This document shows positions 39,102 through 47,696 of a stretch of 64,000 bases of DNA, in pieces. A model generated the notes under the pieces. It saw nothing but the letters and a program-made list of their open reading frames with translations, was not told the origin of the DNA and searched no databases. The DNA is from Acidobacteriota bacterium (GTDB lineage: Bacteria > Acidobacteriota > UBA890 > WLXD01), in contig CBDFKD010000002.1 in NCBI GenBank assembly GCA_965248695.1, positions 5,568,001 through 5,632,000 of the forward strand, written 5' to 3'. The stretch's first letter is position 1; every line of letters starts with the position of its first letter. The position numbers and the translations under genes were made by a program.

Positions 39102-40151
39102 ATGAACCTGAATCTCCGGAGCTCGCTGCCGCTCGGGCTGTGTGCCATGGCCACGGCAGCAGTCGCGTTATCGGCGGCGACGCTGTGGTCAACAGCGGCG
39201 GCGCAGAGCGGCGCGTCCGACGACGCTGCATGGCAGGTGCCCAGAACGCCGCACGGCCACCCGGATCTCCAGGGGAACTGGACCAACGCCACGCTTACCC
39301 CCCTCGAGCGCCCGGAAGGTCTGGAGCCCGTTCTCACCCCGGATCAGGTTGCGGAGATCGAGGAAACCCGTGATCCCAGCGGTCGCCCCGAGGTGTTGAC
39401 CGACACTGGCTATTGGAGGCGATTCGGAGACGAGGTGGAACTCGGCAAGGGCACCGCACCGAGCGAGGGCGGTGATCGCGTGGCGGTCGTGGATGGCGTG
39501 CCCATGAGCTCGCTGATCACGCATCCAGCGGATGGCCGAGTGCCCGGGCTGACGCCGGAGGGACAACGGCGGATCGATGAGCGCGCGGCGCTCAAGAGCC
39601 AGTTCGATTTTCGCGATCATCCCGAGCTGCTACCGCTGGAGGACCGCTGCCTCGTATCGTTCGGCTCCAACGCCGGGCCGCCGATACTTCCCAATTACTT
39701 CTACCTCAACAACTACACGATCGTGCAGAACGCCGATCACGTGATGATCATGACGGAGATGGTGCACGACGTTCGGATCATCCGGCTCGGCGAGCCCGCA
39801 CCGCTCCCGAGCGGCATCCGTCCGTGGTTCGGTGACTCGTGGGGTCGTTGGGAGGGGGACACGCTCGTTGTCGAGACCACCAACTTGAATCCCGATCACG
39901 CGCTCCGCCGTGTCCCTCCCTCTGAAGATCGCAAGGTGATCGAACGCTTCACCCGGGTGGCCGAAGAAACCATTCTGTACGAGTTCACGATCGATGACCT
40001 CACCATGTACGGAAGCGTCTGGGGAGGCCAGGTGCCGTTCGATCGACTCAACAATCGACTGTACGAGTATGCGTGTCACGAGGGGAACTACTCGATGTCG
40101 AGTACCCTGAGCGGCGCGCGCTATGAGGAGAGCAGCGAGGAGAACAGGTAG
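39102..40151 (+). CDS. secreted hypothetical protein
   Basis: Signal peptide; PRTPHGHPDLQGNW, WFGDSWGRWEGDTLVVETTN and YEYACHEGN motifs. Confidence 0.85.
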   Translation: MNLNLRSSLPLGLCAMATAAVALSAATLWSTAAAQSGASDDAAWQVPRTPHGHPDLQGNWTNATLTPLERPEGLEPVLTPDQVAEIEETRDPSGRPEVLTDTGYWRRFGDEVELGKGTAPSEGGDRVAVVDGVPMSSLITHPADGRVPGLTPEGQRRIDERAALKSQFDFRDHPELLPLEDRCLVSFGSNAGPPILPNYFYLNNYTIVQNADHVMIMTEMVHDVRIIRLGEPAPLPSGIRPWFGDSWGRWEGDTLVVETTNLNPDHALRRVPPSEDRKVIERFTRVAEETILYEFTIDDLTMYGSVWGGQVPFDRLNNRLYEYACHEGNYSMSSTLSGARYEESSEENR

Positions 40152-40224
40152 CCGGGCGGTAAGCGGAGGGGTCACCAAGGCCCGTCAAGCGGCCCGACAT
40201 CACTACCAACGTGGGAGCGGAGCC

Positions 40225-41478
40225 ATGTCGCCGCATGATCGACGCAAGTTCCTCAAGCTGACCGGGGCTGGTGCGCTGGCGTTGGCCGGCACCAAAGAAC
40301 TGCAGGCAGCGGCCGCCGCAGTGCAGACGTCCGGACCGGCGGCAGCATCAACCGCGGACGTGGCGGTCATCGGGGCGGGAGCGTTCGGCGGCTGGACGGC
40401 ACTTTACCTGCGCGAGATGGGGCACCGGGTCACGCTCATCGACGCGTACGGCGCCGGCAACGCGCGCGCGGCCTCCGGCGGGGAGAGCCGGCAGATCCGC
40501 ACCCAATACGGCGAGCGAGAGATCTACACCCGTTGGGTGGTGCAGGCATTCGACCGTTGGGAAGCGCGTCAGAGGGAGTGGGGTGGACGGCCGCTCTTCT
40601 ACCGCACCGGTCAGCTGACACTGGCGCGCGGATGGTCCGATTACCTGCGAGCCTCCAAGGTTGTGCTCGATCGACACGGGATCGATAACGAACTCGTGCC
40701 GGCCGACGAGCTGCCTCGGCGCTATCCGCAGTTCAACCACGAAGACGTCGAGTTCGGCTTCTACGTACCCAGCACCGGCGTCCTCATGGCGCGTCGTGCA
40801 TGCTTCGCGGTCGCGGGTGCCTTCGAGCGCGCCGGCGGCACGGTGGTCACCGCCAGGGCCAAGCCCGGTCGGCACGCCGGAGGCAAACTGCTGGAGCTCG
40901 AGCTATCGACCGGCGAGCCGGTGTCGGCCGACACGTTCGTCTTCGCGTGCGGGCCATGGCTGCCGAAGGTGTTTCCCTCCGTGATGAAGAACAAGCTCCA
41001 GACTCCGCGACGGATCACCTTCTGGTACGGCGTGCCGACCGACGACAACCGGTTCATCTACCCCAACTGTCCGACGTGGGACATACGGGGCGTCTACGGT
41101 TTCCCGAGCATCGAGGGCCGCGGCTGGAAGGTGGCACCCTATTTCGACAGCATCCCGTTCGATCCGGACACCGGCGAGCGGATCGTCACCGCCGAGGAGA
41201 TCGAGCAGGCGCGCCTGGTCGTGACCCGCGCCTTCCCTGCCCTCGCCGACCAGCCGGTGCTCGAGTCGCGAGTCTGCCAGTACGAGAACAGCATCGATAA
41301 CCACTTCATCGTCGATCGCCATCCAGAGATGGACAACGTATGGATCGTCGGCGGCGGCTCGGGCCACGGCTACAAGCACGGAATCATGATGGGCGACTAC
41401 GCGGCCCATCGTGTCGTCGGCGACGATCACAGCCCGGAGCTGGCCGACACGTTCAAGCTCAAGAAGGACACCTTCTGA
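40225..41478 (+). CDS. Tat-exported FAD-dependent oxidoreductase, monomeric sarcosine oxidase / DAO family
   Basis: DRRKFLK signal; IGAGAFG, SGGESRQIR, VCQY (position of the MSOX flavinylated Cys) and SGHGYK motifs. Confidence 0.87.
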   Translation: MSPHDRRKFLKLTGAGALALAGTKELQAAAAAVQTSGPAAASTADVAVIGAGAFGGWTALYLREMGHRVTLIDAYGAGNARAASGGESRQIRTQYGEREIYTRWVVQAFDRWEARQREWGGRPLFYRTGQLTLARGWSDYLRASKVVLDRHGIDNELVPADELPRRYPQFNHEDVEFGFYVPSTGVLMARRACFAVAGAFERAGGTVVTARAKPGRHAGGKLLELELSTGEPVSADTFVFACGPWLPKVFPSVMKNKLQTPRRITFWYGVPTDDNRFIYPNCPTWDIRGVYGFPSIEGRGWKVAPYFDSIPFDPDTGERIVTAEEIEQARLVVTRAFPALADQPVLESRVCQYENSIDNHFIVDRHPEMDNVWIVGGGSGHGYKHGIMMGDYAAHRVVGDDHSPELADTFKLKKDTF

Positions 41479-41593
41479 GGTGTCGTGAGATACGTCTTGC
41501 ATCCGATCGCCAGCCTGGGCGGCATGGTACGGTAGCGTGGGTCGCAAGCGTAGGCACGGCACCTCGACGAGCTGAGCTCCCGAAGACAGGAGA

Positions 41594-42865
41594 ATGACGA
41601 TGAGCGACGATCTACACGGCCGGGATCGAACAGAACGACGACCACCTAGGGAACAGCCGACGATCGGCCGAGCAGGCCTGGCGCTGGCGGCGGTGCTGGC
41701 GGCGTTCCTGCTGGTGGCAGTGTCTGTGTTGAGCACGAGCGCAACCGTCAACGCGGCGCCGCGCCCAACCATCCAGGCGCAACAGGCCGCTGACCCCGCT
41801 ACCCTCGACACCGCGTCGATGAGCAACGATGAGTTCGCTACGCTGCTGGCGTCAGCGGAGCTCGGACCCTACGCGCGTGAGGACGCTCTCGCCGATGCGT
41901 TCTCGCTAGAGCGCGCCGCCGCCTTCCTCGATCGAGTTGCCGTGGCATGGGGTGAGAAGTACGGCTGCGTCACCTGCCATACGAACGGTTTGTATCTCGC
42001 GGCACCGCCCGAGATCTTCGCCGAGCGCCGTGCCTTCGAGATAGCACACGATCAGGCTGCTCGCTTCGTGCGCTCCTGGCGCGCCAACGACGTGCCTGGC
42101 AACGATGCGCCAGCCCCCCCAGACGTGACGGACGTCGTTGGCACGTCTGCGTTTCTGGCCATCAACGAGGCCCAGTCGGGTGCAAGCGAGCTCAGCGACA
42201 TCGCCGCGGAGGCGCTCGACCACGCCTGGTCGCTACAGGACGAAGGGGGCCACTGGACTGGGTTTGTATCCAACTGGCCGCCGTTCTACGATCGCCACTG
42301 GCCCGTCACGCTGATGGCGATCGCTACCGGCATGGCTCCGGGCGACTACCCCAGCACCGATGCTGCTGTACAGGGGATGCGCAGGATTCGTGCCTACATC
42401 GCCGCCAATCCGCCCGAGTTCGCCCACAACCGCGGCATGCTGCTATGGGCCGGCAGTGTCAACGAGGGGCTGATCAGCGACGCCGATCGCCAACTTTGGA
42501 TCGACGAGCTTCTCGGTCTGCAGCGTGATGACGGTGGCTGGGCCGCGGGACAGCTCGGCGTATGGCGTATGCGCATGGGACTCGAATCCGATCCCCCGGT
42601 GACTGTCGAAAGTGATGGATACGGCACCGGCTTCGTCATGTACGTTCTGCGACAGGCCGGAGTCCCGGCGTCGCACGCGGCGATCCAACGCGGCGTCGGC
42701 TGGTTGAAGACGAACCAGCGTGCCGGTGGCTACTGGTGGACCCAGTCCATACGCAATAGCTTCACAACCTCGAACTTTCTGACGCACGCCGGCACGATGT
42801 TCGCGGTCAAGGCGCTTGCGGCCACGGCGGTCGAAGCGGGCGGTGTCGCCGAAGCGGAGCGTTGA
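41594..42865 (+). CDS. exported prenyltransferase / squalene-cyclase-repeat protein with CxxCH (paralog 1)
   Basis: N-terminal hydrophobic signal; CVTCH; QW-like repeats LQDEGGHW, LQRDDGGW, NQRAGGYW; SDGYGTG. Confidence 0.8.
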   Translation: MTMSDDLHGRDRTERRPPREQPTIGRAGLALAAVLAAFLLVAVSVLSTSATVNAAPRPTIQAQQAADPATLDTASMSNDEFATLLASAELGPYAREDALADAFSLERAAAFLDRVAVAWGEKYGCVTCHTNGLYLAAPPEIFAERRAFEIAHDQAARFVRSWRANDVPGNDAPAPPDVTDVVGTSAFLAINEAQSGASELSDIAAEALDHAWSLQDEGGHWTGFVSNWPPFYDRHWPVTLMAIATGMAPGDYPSTDAAVQGMRRIRAYIAANPPEFAHNRGMLLWAGSVNEGLISDADRQLWIDELLGLQRDDGGWAAGQLGVWRMRMGLESDPPVTVESDGYGTGFVMYVLRQAGVPASHAAIQRGVGWLKTNQRAGGYWWTQSIRNSFTTSNFLTHAGTMFAVKALAATAVEAGGVAEAER

Positions 42866-43002
42866 GGGAGGGCCACCACGACGCGCCCATCGTCGCTGAC
42901 GCTCAACCTCGATGGCTTCGGTTACAAGGTCTCGATTCTCGCGCCTGACTACTGGTTGCCTTCGATCGGACAAGACGAGCTCACACGGACAGGAGAACGA
43001 CG

Positions 43003-44289
43003 ATGGGCGACGATCGACACGGCGGGGATCGGACCGAACTACGACTACCTGGCGACGAGCCCACGAAGGTCCGAGCAGGCCTGGCGCTGGCGGGAGTGCT
43101 AGCGACGGTCCTGCTGGTAGCGGTTTCCGTGCTGAGCACGACCGCGACCGTCGACGCAGCGTCGCATCCGCCGATCCAGGCGCAGCAGGCCGCCGACGTT
43201 GCGACCCCCGACACCGAGTCGATGAGCAACGAGGAGCTCGCAACGCTGCTGGCGTCGGCGGAGCTAGGCCCCTACGCGCGTGAGGACGCTCTCGCCGACA
43301 CGTTCTCGATGGAGCGCGCCGCCAGCTTCCTCGATCGGGTTGCCGTGACCTGGGGTGAGAAGTACGGCTGCGTCACCTGCCATACGAACGGTTTGTATCT
43401 CACCGCGCCGCCCGAGATCTTCGGCGAGCGCCGTGCTTTCGAGATCACACACAGCCAGGCTGCCCGTTTCGTGCGCTCCTGGCGCGCCGACGACGTGCCT
43501 GAACACGATGCAAAACACCTACAGCAGACGTACTCCCCACACGTGGTGAACATCATTGGCACGTCGGCGTTCTTGGCCATCAACGAGGCCCAGTCGGGTG
43601 CAAGCGAGCTCAGCGACATCGCCGCGGAGGCGCTCGACCACGCCTGGTCGCTACAGGACGAAGGCGGCCATTGGGCCGATTGGACGGTAAACAACTGGCC
43701 ACCGTTCGAGTCCGATTTTCACTTCCCCGTCACGCTGATGGCGATCGCCACCGGCATGGCTCCGGGCGACTACCCCAGCACCGATGCTGCTGTACAGGGG
43801 ATGCGCAGGATTCGCGCCCACATCGCCGCCAATCCGCCCGAGTTCGCCCACAACCGCGGCATGCTGCTATGGGCCGGCAGTGTCAACGAGGGGCTGATCA
43901 GCGACGCCGATCGCCAACTTTGGATCGACGAGCTTCTCGGTCTGCAGCGTGACGACGGTGGTTGGGCTTCCGGCGGGCTGGGCGTGTGGCGCATGCGCAA
44001 GGGTCTTCCTTCCGATCCCCCGGTCACCGTCGAGAGCGACGGCTACGGCACCGGCTTCGTCATCTATGTCCTGCGACAGGCGGGCGTGCCGGCTTCGAAC
44101 GCGGCAATTCAGCGCGGTGTCGGCTGGTTGAAGACGAACCAGCGCGCCGGCGGGTACTGGTGGACCCAGTCCATACGCAACAGCTTCACAACCTCGAACT
44201 ACCTTACTCACGCCGGCACGACGTTCGCGCTCAAAGCGCTCGCGGCCACTGCGCTCGAAACGGGGGGCGTCGCCGATCTCGAGCGTTGA
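43003..44289 (+). CDS. exported prenyltransferase / squalene-cyclase-repeat protein with CxxCH (paralog 2)
   Basis: Tandem near-copy of 41594-42865 with the same motifs. Confidence 0.8.
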   Translation: MGDDRHGGDRTELRLPGDEPTKVRAGLALAGVLATVLLVAVSVLSTTATVDAASHPPIQAQQAADVATPDTESMSNEELATLLASAELGPYAREDALADTFSMERAASFLDRVAVTWGEKYGCVTCHTNGLYLTAPPEIFGERRAFEITHSQAARFVRSWRADDVPEHDAKHLQQTYSPHVVNIIGTSAFLAINEAQSGASELSDIAAEALDHAWSLQDEGGHWADWTVNNWPPFESDFHFPVTLMAIATGMAPGDYPSTDAAVQGMRRIRAHIAANPPEFAHNRGMLLWAGSVNEGLISDADRQLWIDELLGLQRDDGGWASGGLGVWRMRKGLPSDPPVTVESDGYGTGFVIYVLRQAGVPASNAAIQRGVGWLKTNQRAGGYWWTQSIRNSFTTSNYLTHAGTTFALKALAATALETGGVADLER

Positions 44290-44319
44290 ACGCCACCGTC
44301 GGAGAGCTTGGAGGACGGG

Positions 44320-45654
44320 ATGAGCAAGAAGGCGGAAGGAACGACGTCGACTCGGCGTGACTTGGCGCGCAGCGCCGTTGTCGCGTACACCGCCGCCGCC
44401 ATGGGGGTTCCCCGGAACCTGCTTGCCAGGGCGATCCGAGAGCCGGCCCAGATGGGCGGTGGGGGTTCGGGGCCCGCTGGGTTTCGAAGAAACACAGTAG
44501 ACGCCGAGTACTATACGGACGAAGCGCGCTACCTGTTCGATGAGCGCCTGGTGGCCGACCACTTCTGGCAAATGGTCGACCACGAGAGCAGGATCCCTGA
44601 TGCGGGCGACTTCTTCGTGTTCGAGTTCGGTCGCACCGAGAGCATCCTGATCGTGCGCGGGCGGGACAACGCAGTCCGCGGCTTCTACAACGTCTGCCGC
44701 CACCGCGGCTCGCGCCTGTGTCGTCACGATGCGGATCCGATCCCCGGGGATCCGCGCCTGTCAGTCAAGCAGCTCAGCCAGTCGGGCAGCTCACCGGTGT
44801 TCCGCTGCCCGTACCACGCCTGGACGTACGACACCGAAGGCAGCCTGATCTATGCCTACGGCATGCAGGAGGACTTCGACCCGGCCGACAACGGTCTGAT
44901 CCCCTGCCACCTTCGCGTGGCAGACGGCTTCATCTTCGTGAACCTGTCGCCCGAGCCGGAGGCGCCGGAGTTCGAGTCAGCGATCGAGCCCTTCCGCACC
45001 GATGTGGGCGGACCCCACGGCACCGCCCAGCTGAAGGTCGGCGAACGGGTCTACGTTCCGATGCACGCCAACTGGAAGCTGGCGCTGGAGAACTTCCTGG
45101 AGTGCTACCACTGCGGTCCGTCGCACGACTACCTCTGCCACGTGTACCCGGGCTCTGACCTCACAACCCCTTCGGAGAGACAAGGAAAGGGTGGCCTGCT
45201 CAACGGATTCGTCAGCGGCACGATGGACGGCAAGGCGGCGGCACCGTTGCTGCCCGCCTTCGAGGGCACCGATGCGAGGATGACGTCACGCACGTCGACC
45301 GAAACGGCCACCGGTTGGTCGACCGGCTACTGGCTCGGGTACGACGATTACGTCTTCGCGGTGAGGTTCACTCCTCGCGATATCAAGCTCACCGACGTGG
45401 AGTGCATCTGGCTGGTGCATCCGGATGCGAAGCGCGGCGTGGACTACGACGCCGAGAAGCTCAAGGAGGTGTGGCTCGTCACGCTGCTGGAGGACATCTG
45501 GTTGTGCGAGAACAACCACGACGGAATGCGCTCCGGCGCCTACCGACCCGGGCGCTACGCCACCCATGAGATCGGCAGCGTCTTGCCGGCCAATTTCATC
45601 CACTGGTACATGAACGCCGTGGCGGGTGACGTCGACCGCGTGATGCCGTACTAA
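44320..45654 (+). CDS. Rieske non-heme iron oxygenase alpha subunit with Tat-like signal (R1)
   Basis: STRRDLA + h-region; NVCRHRGS...CPYHAWTY; NWKLALENFLECYHCGPSH; EDIWLCE. Confidence 0.9.
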   Translation: MSKKAEGTTSTRRDLARSAVVAYTAAAMGVPRNLLARAIREPAQMGGGGSGPAGFRRNTVDAEYYTDEARYLFDERLVADHFWQMVDHESRIPDAGDFFVFEFGRTESILIVRGRDNAVRGFYNVCRHRGSRLCRHDADPIPGDPRLSVKQLSQSGSSPVFRCPYHAWTYDTEGSLIYAYGMQEDFDPADNGLIPCHLRVADGFIFVNLSPEPEAPEFESAIEPFRTDVGGPHGTAQLKVGERVYVPMHANWKLALENFLECYHCGPSHDYLCHVYPGSDLTTPSERQGKGGLLNGFVSGTMDGKAAAPLLPAFEGTDARMTSRTSTETATGWSTGYWLGYDDYVFAVRFTPRDIKLTDVECIWLVHPDAKRGVDYDAEKLKEVWLVTLLEDIWLCENNHDGMRSGAYRPGRYATHEIGSVLPANFIHWYMNAVAGDVDRVMPY

Positions 45655-45688
45655 CGCGGCGAGCGAGCTCCGCCTACCCGAGGTGCAC

Positions 45689-47623
45689 ATGAGCGATCGG
45701 GATCTTGATTTGGGGATGCGCCGGGAGATCACCCGTCGCGATTTCGTCTCCGGTGTCAGCGTAGCGCTGAGCGGTAGCCTCGCATTGCCGTGGGCGCAGA
45801 CCCACGCCCTGGCGGCCCCCGGGGCGCCGGCAGCACCCCTGCAGACGACGGCGGCCGCGTATCCACCGATCCGGACCGGTATGCGTGGCAGTCACGAAGG
45901 CTCCTACGAGGTTGCGCACCAGCTTCGAGATGGCATGCGCTGGGACGACCCGGAGGAGACCGGTGAGTTCTACGACCTGATCGTGGTCGGGGGCGGCATC
46001 AGTGGCCTGGCGGCGGCGTGGTTTTACCGAGAAGCGGTTCCCGAGGCCCGCATCCTGATCCTCGACAACCACGACGACTTCGGCGGTCACGCCAAGCGCA
46101 ACGAGTTCTGGCACGAAGGTCGGATGTTGCTATCGCACGGCGGCACCATCGAGATTGTCAACTTGAACCGCTACGGCAGCGCCGCCAAGCGCCTGATTCA
46201 TGCCCTCGGGATCGACGTACGGCGCTACCCGGAGTTCTTGAATCGCGAGTTGTATTCCTCACTCGGGTTGCGGAGCTCGGTGTTCTTCGACCGCGAGACC
46301 TTCGGCAGCGATCGCTTGTTGGTGGGCGAGGGTGAACCCTCCTGGCGCGAGTTTCTGGCGCGCGCGCCCCTGTCGGAGGCCGCCCGCGAACAGATCGTGC
46401 GATTGCACGAAACGAAGGTCGATTACCTGCCGGAGATGACGCTGCCGGAGAAGCGCGACCACCTCAGGCAAACCAGCTATGAGGATTTTCTCCTCGATGC
46501 CGCCAAGATCAGCCCGGAGGCGGTCTCCTTTCTCGAAACGTCCAACGGCTGGGCGATCGGTCTCGATGCCATCTCTGCCTGGGTAGGCGTCGGTAGCGGA
46601 TGGGCCGGCACCGAGGGGCTCGGGTTCGGTGAGGACGACAGCTGGGGAGCTGAAACCGCCGAGGAGCGACTCTACTTCCAGTTTCCCGATGGCAACTCGT
46701 CGATCGCGCGCCTGCTCGTTCGGTCGCTGGTGCCGGGGGTAGCGCCGGGCAGCACGATGGAGGACATCGTCGCCGCCGAATTCGACTACGGGCAACTCGA
46801 CCGCGAGGACTCTGCCGCCCGCATTCGTCTCGACAGCACGGCAGTAAGGGTGCGCCACCTGGGAGACCCTCAGACCGCCGCCGAGGTCGAAGTCACCTAC
46901 GTCCGCGGCGGGCGTGCCGCCCGCGTCCGCGCCGGCCAGTGTGTCCTTGCCTGCTACAACGCCGTCATCCCTCACATCTGCGACGAGCTTCCGAACCGCC
47001 AAAAGCAAGCGCTGTCGCAGGCGTTGAAGGCGCCCCTCATCTACACGAATGTTCTGATCCGCAACTGGACCGCCTTCGCCAAGCTCGGCGTGGACGCCGT
47101 GCGCTGCCCGGGGAGCTACTTCGACGACATCAACCTGAAGCCGCCGATCAGCATCGGAGGGTACCGACACGCTGAAACGCCCGACGAGCCCACCGTGGTG
47201 CGCTTGTGGCGAGCCCCCTTGGTGCCGGAAGCTCGTGGGCTTTCCGCGGCCGAGCAGTGGAAGGCCGGCCGCCGGGGTCTATTGACGACGACGTTCGAGA
47301 CCTTCGAGCGCAAGATCAGGGACCAACTCGGCCGGATACTGTCGGCCGGGGGCTTCGATCCGGCGCGCGACATCGAGGCCATTACCGTGAACCGCTGGCC
47401 ACACGGCTACGCCTACGGCCACGATCCGGAGACCGGCCAGGTGGCGTGGAGGCTCGACGAGCTACCGCCCGAGCGTCGTCCGTGGCTTGCCGCCCGACGG
47501 CCCTTCGGCCGCATCGCGATCGCCAACTCGGACGCGATGGCGGACGCCATGACCGAGGGTGCGATCGGCGCGGCGCATCTGGCGGTCGAGGCGCTCGTCG
47601 CGCTTGAGACGACGCCACGATGA
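45689..47623 (+). CDS. Tat-exported spermidine dehydrogenase (SpdH)-like flavoprotein (S1)
   Basis: TRRDFVS signal; YPP..TGMRGSH, VGGGISGL, DNHDDFGGHAKRNEF, FPDGN, ITVNRWPHGY, IANSD. Confidence 0.87.
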   Translation: MSDRDLDLGMRREITRRDFVSGVSVALSGSLALPWAQTHALAAPGAPAAPLQTTAAAYPPIRTGMRGSHEGSYEVAHQLRDGMRWDDPEETGEFYDLIVVGGGISGLAAAWFYREAVPEARILILDNHDDFGGHAKRNEFWHEGRMLLSHGGTIEIVNLNRYGSAAKRLIHALGIDVRRYPEFLNRELYSSLGLRSSVFFDRETFGSDRLLVGEGEPSWREFLARAPLSEAAREQIVRLHETKVDYLPEMTLPEKRDHLRQTSYEDFLLDAAKISPEAVSFLETSNGWAIGLDAISAWVGVGSGWAGTEGLGFGEDDSWGAETAEERLYFQFPDGNSSIARLLVRSLVPGVAPGSTMEDIVAAEFDYGQLDREDSAARIRLDSTAVRVRHLGDPQTAAEVEVTYVRGGRAARVRAGQCVLACYNAVIPHICDELPNRQKQALSQALKAPLIYTNVLIRNWTAFAKLGVDAVRCPGSYFDDINLKPPISIGGYRHAETPDEPTVVRLWRAPLVPEARGLSAAEQWKAGRRGLLTTTFETFERKIRDQLGRILSAGGFDPARDIEAITVNRWPHGYAYGHDPETGQVAWRLDELPPERRPWLAARRPFGRIAIANSDAMADAMTEGAIGAAHLAVEALVALETTPR

Positions 47624-47696
47624 AACATTCGTGAGTTCCGGGCCGCCGGCCCTCACTCCGTTGCGCCGAACTCTCGTACCATCCGCCGACCCGCGC

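Noticed and set aside
41594-44289. Calling these genes shc (hopanoid synthesis)
   Set aside because: Too short, apparently exported, no DxDD motif, and no hpn genes nearby
45100-45130. ECYHC in the Rieske oxygenases as a heme c site
   Set aside because: It is not CxxCH; it is the standard mononuclear-iron motif of this oxygenase group
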